From Lineus longissimus (lineage: Eukaryota), in NCBI RefSeq assembly GCF_910592395.1, contig NC_088308.1:744001-808000 (forward strand): a DNA stretch of 64,000 bases, written 5' to 3'. The position numbers and the translations under genes were made by a program. This document shows, in pieces, positions 1 to 11,900 of this stretch. The notes under the pieces are model-generated. The model was not told where the DNA came from, did no database searches, and was given only the letters and a program-made list of their open reading frames with translations. Within the stretch, counting starts at the first letter, position 1. Each line of letters begins with the position of its first letter.

Positions 1-2549
1 GGATTTGCCTCTGCTTGACACTGCAACTGTACTTATATCGATTCTGTGTCAGCAGTTTGAGGACTTTACTTCTCAGGTATGGGATCAGTGGCGATACTGA
101 TGGCATGAATAATGACGGTGATGTGTGGAATATAGAGGCACAACTGATTAATCTACTCGCATCTGCGTGGATGTATCCGCGCCTCCTCGTCTCCCGGGCA
201 TCGTAGGTGCCTTGGGCAGTCCGCCGGAGTAGCATCGGGAAGTCTGCGACAGCCTATATCAGTCAGCCATAAGGCAGCAGTGGCGCATAGGGCTGCAGTC
301 CGCAACAGTATCCAACCACAGCCTGACGGGCGGCTCCCCTCCTTCAGCCAGTGTCATATTCACCGCCGATTTTCCTCTTGATGGTTGCTATTTTCGTGCG
401 GTGAAAAGAGCCAGCGTTCACATTCGGAATGCCATTCTGATGGAGCTGCCATTGATGACAGTCGGACCGTGAGTTGGAGGAGTGCGGATCGGCTTGACAT
501 TGGGATGTCAGTCGTGTCATATCATCGGAGTTCGACAATTTGACGTGCACAGCTGTTGAAACAAGAACCGTACAGCCTTGAGTGCTGCTGGTTATTTAGT
601 TGCTGGACAATTTACTTTCAAGATTCACCCGAAGATTAGGAAGGCCATCTGGATGTTCCAGCTACTTTTACCATCTCCGCCAGCAAGGACCAGTTTCGTC
701 GTTCATTTAGTTTTCGCATATAGGAGTCATTTGACGCCTCCTTAGTTTGTGAAGGAGAAGTTAACCTAACTCCCTTGAATGCATTGCTTCTGAAACGGAA
801 GTAAGTACCAACGGAAGTACCAATGACCTTTCGTCAGCCACCATTCGCGAAATCGGTAAGGCCATATTACAGTGATTACAGCTTTGGCGCGGATAGTCTT
901 CTGGAACGGGATTTATTGGTCACCTTGACTATCTATCACCGATAGGAATGATGTAACATGCTTCAAGTTTGCATCTAAAGATTGCCTCTGTGTAGATTTG
1001 TTCAAAAGTCTATTACTACTCGTAAAAGACAGGACTATTATCTTCGGATTGTGTACATTCTCATTAGACATGGATATAGCACGGCAACACAGGTTGTATC
1101 AGGATCGATATAACAAGATGGACGTGAGGCGAGCAGCGTTCATGGACGTGATGGGCGGTGATAAGGGCGTCCTTGTCTATCTCAAGAGAGCACCGCAAAC
1201 ACAGGTATGTCTTGGTTTAAAACATCCTGCTTGAGACGAAAATCACGTGTCATGCAGCACTTCCAGAGGGGGGAACCTACCGAGAGGGTGTTACGATGTG
1301 TTGCACGTTTTCCGTCAGGATCCGGTTGCACTAATTAACGGTGATGCAGTCGTTGATTATTAATTTAGGTGTTTCGTTAATGAAATCGAACGTGTATATG
1401 GTAATAAAGGGAAGTCCTGTTTCAGCATACACATGTCATTGTTATGTGGACCATCGCTGTTTCTCTAGGTCAGCTATGGAACCAGATAGAGGCGGCATTA
1501 GTTTCCTGTTAGAGGTCTCTGTTCTGTTTAGTTAAAAGCACTTCACTGCCTGGTATTATGGTTTGCCATTGCGCTTATTTGTTATTGGTTACGGATGCAG
1601 CATCTGGCTGCGAGATGCGCTTTTCAATTATTTTCCATTTAATCCCAATCCTCAACCGACTAGATAACTGAATAGAGACATCTGTGCTATTGATGTGCTA
1701 CATGCAGACCGTACACGACATGCATGTCCACACAATGAATCATCAGAAGAATGCATGTGTAGTAAATCATTTTTTAATGGGTGTGGCGGTCTAGTAACGA
1801 ATCAATACACACGTAGGCTGAAGCACTGCATCTTATGTTTTCACAACAAAGTAATCAAATCTATCGTCGGGGTTAAATGAGCCAGTTGTTGACGTGAGTC
1901 GTCATGAGATTTGAATCATCACCACACATCGTCTTCTTCTTTTTACTTGATTCGTAACTCCACAATGAAGCTTCGTAACTCTGTAAAGAATGTTCCACTA
2001 CAATACCTGTATCAACATGACAAACAGAAGCTTCGTAACTCTGTAATGAACCTTATGTTACACCTGAATCACCGTGAGGAGTGTATAGATTTCGTTACTC
2101 AAAACGAACGTTTTGCAATTCTGTAATGAAAGTTCCAACCTTCGCAATTCGACAACTCCCTTTTAATAATATACATGTACATGTACCTCCAAATCCAGAG
2201 CAATCTATGAATCTTACATCGCAACAAAGAAAGTTCGAAAAAAATGTCTCAGGCCTATCATAAAAGAATACCAATAATAGTATTGGCGAAATCGCCAGAG
2301 GGATATTTCAAATAAGGTTATACATATTGGACAGGTGCTATTATCACACTCAACCATTTAACATATGGAACCAAAACACTCAAGGTTCGTTTTCATTCAA
2401 AAGCATTTTTCGTTGTCAATGAGAGAGATTCGCAAGAGAATTATTGGTTATATCACTGTGATATACATGGTAAGAGCAGGTGGATCTGTCGTCATTGCCG
2501 TCACAGAAATAGAATTGTAAGGTAGGCCAAGTATCAAGTGAAGGAATGA

Positions 2550-4381
2550 TTCAACATAAAAGTCCTACGAGAATTAGCCACCCATGTGCCTTGTGTAAAG
2601 GCTTGTACTACTATATCAGGTATTTCGTGATCGAGCTTGTAGCTGGGCGCGTAGACATCTCTGATGAAAGAAAATCAGTCGGAGCTTCAAGATCGAAGAT
2701 TCAAAATTTCCAAGGTCTGAGGTATCACACAAATGTCGGCCGTCACCAGATGCTTTCCTGGACAAAGGAGAAATCACTGCTCGTGGGCGAACACCTCACT
2801 CAGGTGCACTGATTTCTAAGTCTCACTCGTCTTGTAAGATGAAACGTTCAGTTCTTTTGGTCACATCAAATATTCAGATTACAATTCCTATTTGTGGAAT
2901 CGACTCGGCCTCCGCCTGCAAGAGTAGATAATCCCGCTGTCATCATCAGCATCCAAACAATTCAACACGACCACCCACCGCCAAGGTAATTGGTACTGTC
3001 GAGGCATCCCCTGATTGAGTTGTTATAATTCGCGGACCCAAACCCTGATTAAAAAGATTTCGAACCTCAATGACCTCCTCAAGAATGTCTAACGTGTTGT
3101 TTTACCTGTCATGTTGAATGACAGTGATCGTCAAAAGACAGTCCCTGGACACTTGTGACACATGTCGTTGGAATGTGAAGGACATCAGTGGGCAAATAAT
3201 ATCGGTCTCTCGAAAAGAGGGATCTTCTTCGGCCGATAACAATGCCCTTATTTCATTTTTTATAGAAAGTCCAACATTACCTACTCATTAAGAAGTGAAT
3301 TGGATAACCACACATCAACATAATCGTAGCGTCTTCACTTGTCTGTCCGTCTACCTTGGTTTGTCTTGCTGTGTATCGGAATCGTGAAAGATTTTATCAA
3401 ACAGTTTGTGACCTGGTGAAAAAACGATCAGGCACCCAAGGGTAAGCTTCAAGAAGATGAAGTTTTCCCTGACGCTGCAGTCTTGCTTAAGATCTTCACG
3501 CATCCTCGATTGATCTGCACGAAAGCATCTATTAAACACTCAAGTACCATTTGTCGTTCCAGGTCCGTAAGCGCAGTAAAGCAGCTCTGGGTGATATGCA
3601 GGAAGGGGACATCCTCCTCGCGGCCAATGGCGTCAACTGCCAGTACCTGAGCCACTCAGAGGCAATGGAGACCATTGATAACAGCGGAGACAGACTCGTA
3701 CTAGAAATAATCAGGTAGGTCCTAAAGTGCGATAAGATAACAAGATATCCAATCATAACGCTTTCAGAAATATGATTTGCGTGGACTGACAAATATTGGT
3801 ACTTGACAAGTGGTAGACACTCGCAAGGCGCGAGTTACTGCCAATCTGGTGCTAAGACAATGACTACAGTGTAGAGTTGCTGGCGGTTTGGAATCGGATG
3901 TCGAATGACTTACTTGAGTGACGTGAACCTGTTGGTTGCATCTGAAGCACAGGTCGTTCACCTCTTCACCTCCTAAACTCCTGCACCACTGCCTCTGCTA
4001 TAGTATTTGCCTCCATGACAGCTGCAAGGACTTTATCTCATTTTCGATGGATCGACTGCGAGAGTGCACGCTACGGGGTCTAGTCTACCTTGGCCTGGTC
4101 GTTGGTTCTCTTGGCGGTTCCATCTGAAGGCTTGCCTGGTAATGTTGGTTGCCTGAAAGTGTGGCCTAGCCATTCCCACTCTTACTTCAGCCTTTTTAAT
4201 CCTACATTCATTTTCCTCACAAATATGACTAGCTATTGAGTCTTTATTCATTTTGCAATCCCGAACTAAGCTTTACTTCCTCGGTATGTAAATCCACAAG
4301 CGGTTAACGGAGAGGTTGTAGATGAAATCAATGTTTATCAGATAGATCAAAATAGATCGGATCGGAAGACTGCCATCTTGA
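2550..4381 (-). mobile_element. Possible decayed transposon-derived coding remnant
   Basis: A chain of interrupted minus-strand ORF pieces (including CFRC and CSHC pairs) downstream of a CAAGATGGC motif at about 4380. No intact domain recognised. Confidence 0.25.
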
Positions 4382-5044
4382 TCTCACGTACCATGAATGA
4401 TAGGAAACAGCCAACTGATCAAACCAGCAACCTGTTGATATGGTTTGCTTGAGATTCTGCTAAATGCTTTATCTGCACTTAGGGCAATTATTTGAATGCG
4501 GATCCTGTGTGTTGTTAAGAGAATATGTTCCCATTCTTAGTCCAGGGCCCGGCTGTCTAAACAAGTTAGTCACTAACTCAGCATGAAGTCTAAGTGGTGG
4601 TCACGTCAAGTTTGATGCTCAGCCACTTACGGCTGGTGCTACCATGATATGAAATATAACCAATCATTCTATACCTGTAAAGGCACTGAGTGGGTTAAGG
4701 TACCATTCTATGCATAGTCAGAACAACAAAGAAGAAACTACGCCTTTCCTTCAAGCACGCCAACAAAAAACGAAGGTGGTTACAAAAACATACGAATTCT
4801 ATCTCTACTGTATGTTTTCTGTTGCAGCAGCCTATAGGTATAGTTAGGATATCGTGATTTCACGGTCACGCGGGATTGGGTCGTGGCCAACTCGTATCTG
4901 ATGTCACTTTCAACCTTTTCTCAGTATCGTCTGAAGAGGCTCAACATTTCGCAAAGTCTTCTCGTTCTGAACAAACCGAGGAATACCTGTGCTCAGCTGT
5001 GCCAGCATTGTCGGTTAATTCTATACCATGTCTTGTTTTCACAG

Positions 5045-5982
5045 GATGCCGGGAGGAGACCCTCAAGCCCAACCACCACAACAGTCACAAGGAATGGTAT
5101 TCAACGGGGGCGCGCAGCAGAATTACGCTCAGCAAAGAAGCACACGGACGACCGTCCAGCAGAGATATGGCCCCGCTGGCGTCAAGGAAACCCGGACGGA
5201 GACCATGACGACTCAGGGCCCGTACGGTGGACCGCAGACGACATCGGTCAGGCGGGAAGAACGAAGCTACGGCGGTGGCCCAGTGTTACAACAAGTCGGC
5301 AACAACTTCCAACAACCTTCCCAGTTTCAACCACAGCCTTCCCAATATCAAAATCCGACATCACAGTTTCAGGCACCGACATCACAGTCAGGATTCAGCG
5401 GAGGACAGCCATCGTTTGGTGGTAACCAGCCTTCCGGTGGCGGTGGAGGGGTACCAATGTTCAAGGTCAAGGATGTCAAAGGTCAACAGCAGCAGTTTGG
5501 GCCGTCTGTAGTAGGCAAACATGTTGACGACCGTGGTGCAATAACTCTGAACATTGCCATGAGTGGTCAAACGGAGAAGGAGAACATCTCTCCTCAGTTC
5601 CAACCTACTCAATACGAGCAGCAACAGGAGTTCGGGAAACCACAACAATGGCAGCCGCAACAGGAATACTACGAGCCTCAGCAAGAGTTACCTGGCCATG
5701 ACATGATGGAAGGCCCACCACCACCGGTTCCGCTTTGGGAGGGCCACCAACCGGGCCCACGGCAGCAGGAAGAACCCATGCGACCCTATGAAGAAATGGA
5801 TAGTGGTAATAATCACTACGACGAGCAATATTTCGAACACGGGATGGAACCGGAGACGTATGATGTGGCCACGCCGAAACTGATGCCTGCCACGCCAGGA
5901 ATGAAGCCTGTTTCTCTTTCGAAACTGTTGCAGGAATCATTTGATGAAACGCCACCAGAATCCCCCTCCAGGCTAAGAAAGA
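5045..5982 (+). CDS. Gln/Pro/Gly-rich N-terminal exon A of the myozenin/synaptopodin-like gene
   Basis: Acceptor ttgttttcacag (ends 5044), long open low-complexity frame, donor GA|GTAAGT in phase 1 that matches the 14764 acceptor. Confidence 0.75.
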
Positions 5983-8900
5983 GTAAGTAGATGGTTGTAT
6001 AACTGCAACCTATACTCCTATTACAGGCAAAGTAGGAAAACCTTTTTAAAAGTGTTTGATAATATCGGTATGATTGTTCGGTTCTACTCATATCGACCTT
6101 CAGCGTCATAATTGAGAAAGTCTTTGCACAATCACGAATGCAGGAATCATAGACAGAGGCAAAAAGCAAACTAATACACAGTTTCTGCAGATTTTCTTCG
6201 ACAGTCTGTTTCAATTCAAGTCTGTAGTCAATTAACTGTCTGCCAACTTCGAGGTTGGTGAAAGGACGACTCACCCTCTTTGTCAAACTTCTTTTATTCG
6301 AAGATGTAGTGGAAGTGCACGGAAAGATTATTCTAATTTGAAGAAAAATTTTTCGTTTCGAAGGTTATAACCATTTACCTTGCGATGAAATACATCCTGG
6401 AACTTTTCCTCCATTTGCTATTTCTGTTGAAGATGTTTTGCTTTCCACTTGGAGTGGCGGCTGACGTCACACACTCGGGCTCATTTTTTAAGCCAAGCAG
6501 AATAAACAGCAATTAGCCTCAACTCTCTGTACTATCTATAGCAAGATACACTTCAACCAACAGATAACATGAGCATATATATATTCAGAGTTTGAAACTT
6601 GAAACTTGAAATACATCTTTTTGGGGGAAGATTTCTAAAATTTACAGTTGAATAGATTTACAATCACAATTACTTCGATATTGTAACGATTGTGACATGG
6701 TTTCATTCTATTACAATATGAGATTTGGTCGTTGCCTCAGTCCTTTTTTAAGTAATCCTGCTGTGCTAATATCGTTTAAAAATACATTTAGTAACCCGTC
6801 ATGCTAAAAGCTTAAGATTGCGTCGGTAAAGAAACTTAACACAAGTTGGTTAAACGTCGAGTTAGTTAATGAATGTCTACAGGTGTTTAACAAGATGACA
6901 GAAACAAAAGACGTGTATGATGCCAGCGTTAATGAAGTGTCACCATGAATATATCATCCGGTACTAATACGTATTCCTGTTACAAAATATTACAATATGT
7001 TATTGATACTGTGCTTTGGCAATTGCATGTCAAGCTTCAAGGTTTTATGGTGAGTCGATATTCGATATCTTCCGTTTTATATCTTAATTCTCTTCGATTT
7101 TCAGCACTCGTTCACAGTCCTTTCTTTAAGAGTGAGGGATCTATGTTTCCATTTGATCTAATCCTACATTTCATCGTCAGCCCCATAACAAAGTTTTTGC
7201 TCAGTCAGAACTCAGATAAATGATCAGCGACAAAGAAGTGAATATCCAGACATTTCGAACTGATCGAGATATCATTGCCCAACCTGCGCTGTTCTGCATG
7301 CCTGTGTGTACAACAAGAGACCTTTGAAACACTGGTTACATCAAGCATCCCTGGTGCTCTTGGTTCCGACAAACTTGGCACATGATGCAATACGAGACCT
7401 TTTTTATTGAAACAGCTGGATCAGCAAACTTTGTTATGGGGTTTTCGCTGCAGTTATTACTGATTTTTGTATGGAGCAGTATGATGATATATCAAACATG
7501 CCATACTAAAATCGATCCCTTTTTACATCCATTTTTGTAATTCAATGTGAATACCACTTGTCATGTTCGTTCTTTTACCATAATATTTTGCCAAGATCGG
7601 ATGTGATGTGCGTTTAAGGCATGCTTATCTACTGGACAGTCCCTCCCCCAAACATCCTGTAAGATATCTGTTAAATGCTTCATTTCAACTTCCACCCTCG
7701 ACTGCAATGGTACCCGACGGAACCGTCAAAAAGATCATTGCTGTTTTACAAGAAGTTGCGAAAATGGTAACATGATTTCACCGTCTCTGTATTGTGAAGA
7801 GTCAGTGCATATCATGTTGTCTACAAAGAGCATTGTAACTTCCCCGGTCCTGTCCCATTTAACCCATCATGAAACATGGGATAAAACCAAACGTTACCTA
7901 AGCGTCAATAGCAGACAAGAAACTTCGAATGACAGAGATACAATGTAGAGATACTAGTTTGTCCAAGGTTTGATTCATTATGATTTACCATTAAAATGAT
8001 TGTAGGTAGTCGCTTTTCCAAAGGTAACTTCGTAATGAAATGGCCACCCGTTTTAAAACTGTCTCCTTTGAACGTAGCTGTTTGTAGCCTTGGTCTCCAG
8101 ACAGCACATCTAGCTATGTAGTGATCGCAACAACACCTCGTCAAGTTCAATTTGGTTTGAAAGTGGAAAACACTTGTTTTAATTTGATTATGGCATTCCG
8201 CAAGTTCAGGAACGGGTTGTCACCAGTTACCAGTCCTCTTCACAACACGATACCTACATAAACAACGCCAGAAACCTAGGTATGGATTTCTTTGTCAAAA
8301 CTACACATTTTCAGCATATTAAATATACGTCAACCTGCCATTACATGGAGTCAGAGCTAGACTTAGATTACTTCATTGATATATATACACGTTTTTCTAT
8401 TCGCCCAAAGTTCTGGCAGTTGGTCCAACGATCGATTCTTGACAATGGAACTGGATGCAGGAAATCGACAACTTCGCAGTGCATTTATTTTGCACTTTGC
8501 ACAGAAACTGCATTGTGGATGCACTTGACGTTTCTTGCGTTGTAATTGCCCATGCAGTCGATGCGGAAACATGAGCTACATGGAAGGCACGGTTTTGTCT
8601 CTACTGCAAGAATTCGAATCTTTGACGGGAAGGGAAGCTGAAAGCAAAGATGTGACTGGAAAGGATACTGAACAAAGCGAAGATAGGGTGTCTGCCAAAT
8701 CAAAAGGAACAATGCAGTTTGCACCAACAGGGCAGACCTCGACGAGGCGAGAAGGCGAAAGTGAATATGAGCCAGAAAAGGCAATCCAACACGATAAGGG
8801 AGTAGACGCCAAACCGAAACGGACAGCGTCTTATGCCACAAAAAGGAAGAAGGAAATGATAATTGTTGATTCACTAGGGACACTTCAGGCCAACGACTCG

Positions 8901-11900
8901 TCTGGTTTCAAAGCACTCAAAGGAAAAGGATTTCGCAAAAATGAGTCACCAAGTCTGAAAGAAAAAACTGTAGAGGCGAATGGGTCACAAAGTTCGAAAG
9001 CAAAAATATTTGTCATAAACGAGTTTTTAGATTTACAAGGAACAGCAATGCTAGCCAATGGGTCATCATATTTAAAGAACAAAGAGGTGTTCACGAAAAA
9101 CGAGTCATTGCAGATAAAGAAGACAGAGAAAGCCTTGCAGCGAAATAAGTCGTCAAGTTCCAAGAGGAAAGCAGTACAGACTCATAGGTCATTGGATTTA
9201 AAGGGGAGCACAGCAGAGGAAATAGAGGCAACACGTTTGAAAACATCACATGCAAAGAAGTCATCGAATGCGCAAGCAGAAACAAACACACAGAAGCCAA
9301 CCTCTATATATCAAAGTGGATCACATGGACCAACTGTTTTACATGGAGATGAGTACTACATTCGTGCAAAACCGATGGTCAACGCAGCAGGCAATGGCGT
9401 TGGCAGTAGTGATTTCCGAGTAAGGGATAGCCGATATCAATCTCGGGGAAGGCCAAGGAGAGTGCAGGACACCAAACTTGTAAAGGATGTCACTCTTACG
9501 CTTCAAAAAGAGAGGTACGTTGATACAAACACAGATGGTTCTGAGAAACGTTACGATGATGTATCACTTTCCATACAAGATCTACTGCTTATCTTTGCAC
9601 AGAAGTCACAACAAGGGTCTGCGAATACGACAGGAGGAACCAAGTCGGCTTCTGAAGAAAGAAATGAAGTGCAGGCGTTGGGGAATTGTGCCGAAGATGC
9701 CGACCAAACGGCTGAAGCGATTTCGATACAGGATCTTGTCAGCCTGTTCTCACCGAAGGAAAAACAGGGGAATGCATGGCAAAGGAGTGGAGCTGTGGCC
9801 AAACGAAGCTGTGTAGTAGTAGAGGGACAGCGACTGGGGACGGCTGGTGGTGGTCATGAATCACAGGAACACCTATCTGCTTGCAAAGATGGGGAGGCAG
9901 CGAGAGAACCGATTGACATAAAGGAGTTGGTCACGCTCTTCCAGTCGACGGGGAAGAGGCCCAGGGCCTGCAGCGGGCGTCGAACAAGTCTGCCTTCTTG
10001 GGCCACTAAGACTGATACCAGGCCCAGATCGAACACACTGGTCACATCCTCCTTAGAAGAGGGAGGTGACCTTTCGATCGGGCGAGAAACATTAGAAGCA
10101 TTAGTTAGTCTGTTCTCGCAGCAAAGGCAATCGGATGAACCCGAGCAGCCAAAGGTGTCATGGTCACGGAAGGATTATGAACAAGTCGGTAATGCGGACG
10201 CTAGTGAATCTGACGTGCCGACTTCGCCGTCTTTTTCAACGGATAGTGAACTCAAAGGATCACGGGATTTGGTGGCAGCCTTCTCTAAGATGGGTAAACA
10301 AATGGAGAATAACCTTCGTCCAAGCGGTGTCACGGGACACACTCCTAGTATGAAAAGGTGTGTGGCAAAGACGACTCGGCCTTGTCGCAGTGGTGAGTAG
10401 GTACAGTGAGGACTGACCGTGAGATTGGTTTTGTTCCCTGAGGTTAAGATTTCTTTCAAACTCTTCAACTCTCCGAGCCACATCTCGTGGAGACAAGAAC
10501 GAAATAAAAGAGCAAAGATAGCCAATGCACATAAGAACTTTATATTGAAATGAACTGGTATGATATCCGAAGGAGAAAAATATCAGTTTTAGTTTGAGAA
10601 AAGTTAAAAAATAGGTTATGGTAATGGCAATGGTAATGTAACGTTTGGTTTTATGCCTTATTTGGTTTCTGATGAACCGTTGTCCAAGCATCACTCGCCC
10701 CTTTCCATCGAATGCTTTCCTGTCGTCAAAACATTGCAGGAAGAAACTTTCAGTGAAATGACAGGCCCTCTCCCTACTAATAATAACCGGTTATTTATAT
10801 TTGTAGAGTTTTCGGTAACGGGCAATTGACCTTTAAACTAAAGGAACTATATTTTGTCTCAGAGGAGACAGTCTTCTACAGTATCCTGGACCTTTAAAGA
10901 AATATACCAATGACACGAGGGACATGTTAATAGGGGGTAATGTTGGAGGGAGATGTTAGAACGCTGAACGCTGCTGGAATGCTGTTTGAAAGTCAGTATT
11001 GCTGTAAACATACGTATTGTACATGTTGATGATTACCTCAAAAATGAAGTCTAGAATTTCCCCAGATGTTGTTTGGCCTGTCAGATGAGTTTGTACACCA
11101 ATGGGTTCATGTAACTCACATTAATTTGCTCTCCTGTTTCAGTGATCTTGGATCCATCTATAGACTACACCACCGCCTCGAGTGAGAATCTATTATATAA
11201 ACATTGATTAGTTATTGTTACGCATTTAACTTGCACTTGCATAGACTTTGTTAGGTGAATGGTGTCTCATTTCAAAGAATCTGCTTGGCAGTTTGATGCC
11301 GCATTCCTGCAGGGAAATCTATAGAAAACCTCATCAAAGACAACAACTTTCAAATGAACTAAATAGCCTAAGTAGGCTATCTGTCACGACTTGGCATGGG
11401 AACTTCTAAAGACTGCCCAGGAAGGCCAAAGTATAGATGACAGCTACATTTTTTTGAATGGCCTACGTACCATGGCTTGGCTAAAAGTATTGAGAACTGC
11501 AGAATGTCCTCAGACAAAAACTCCGTGGCTGCTAAGAGCAGTACTCGTCATCTCTAATGCCGTTAATGGAAATACTTTGGCGATATATTTTTTCAGAGTA
11601 TTGGTTACATTCAAAGAAACACGTGTTTAACAAAGTCCTTGCAGTACAATATAGATGTGTTTTCTTGTAGAAATTAGATAATTTGCTTATACCTTTTTGG
11701 TGTTGGTAATTGTAGATCATGAAGTACTGGTATTCCTTTTAAAATCCTCACCAGGTCGACGTTGTCCTTCGTGATCTGTCATTACCAGCTCCTTTTTCAT
11801 TGCATTTTATTCCATTCCCAGTTTACCCATTTTAGTCAGTGCACATTTCATTTGCAAAATTACGCGTGGGTTTACTAAATATTTACATTTCTTAGTTTCA

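Noticed and set aside
1950..2150. Degenerate cttcgtaactctgtaa repeats
   Set aside because: Too few and too degenerate to assign; probably an old repeat remnant.
4876..6286. Overlapping alternative-frame and antisense ORFs around exon A
   Set aside because: Shadows of a GC-rich, low-complexity coding exon.
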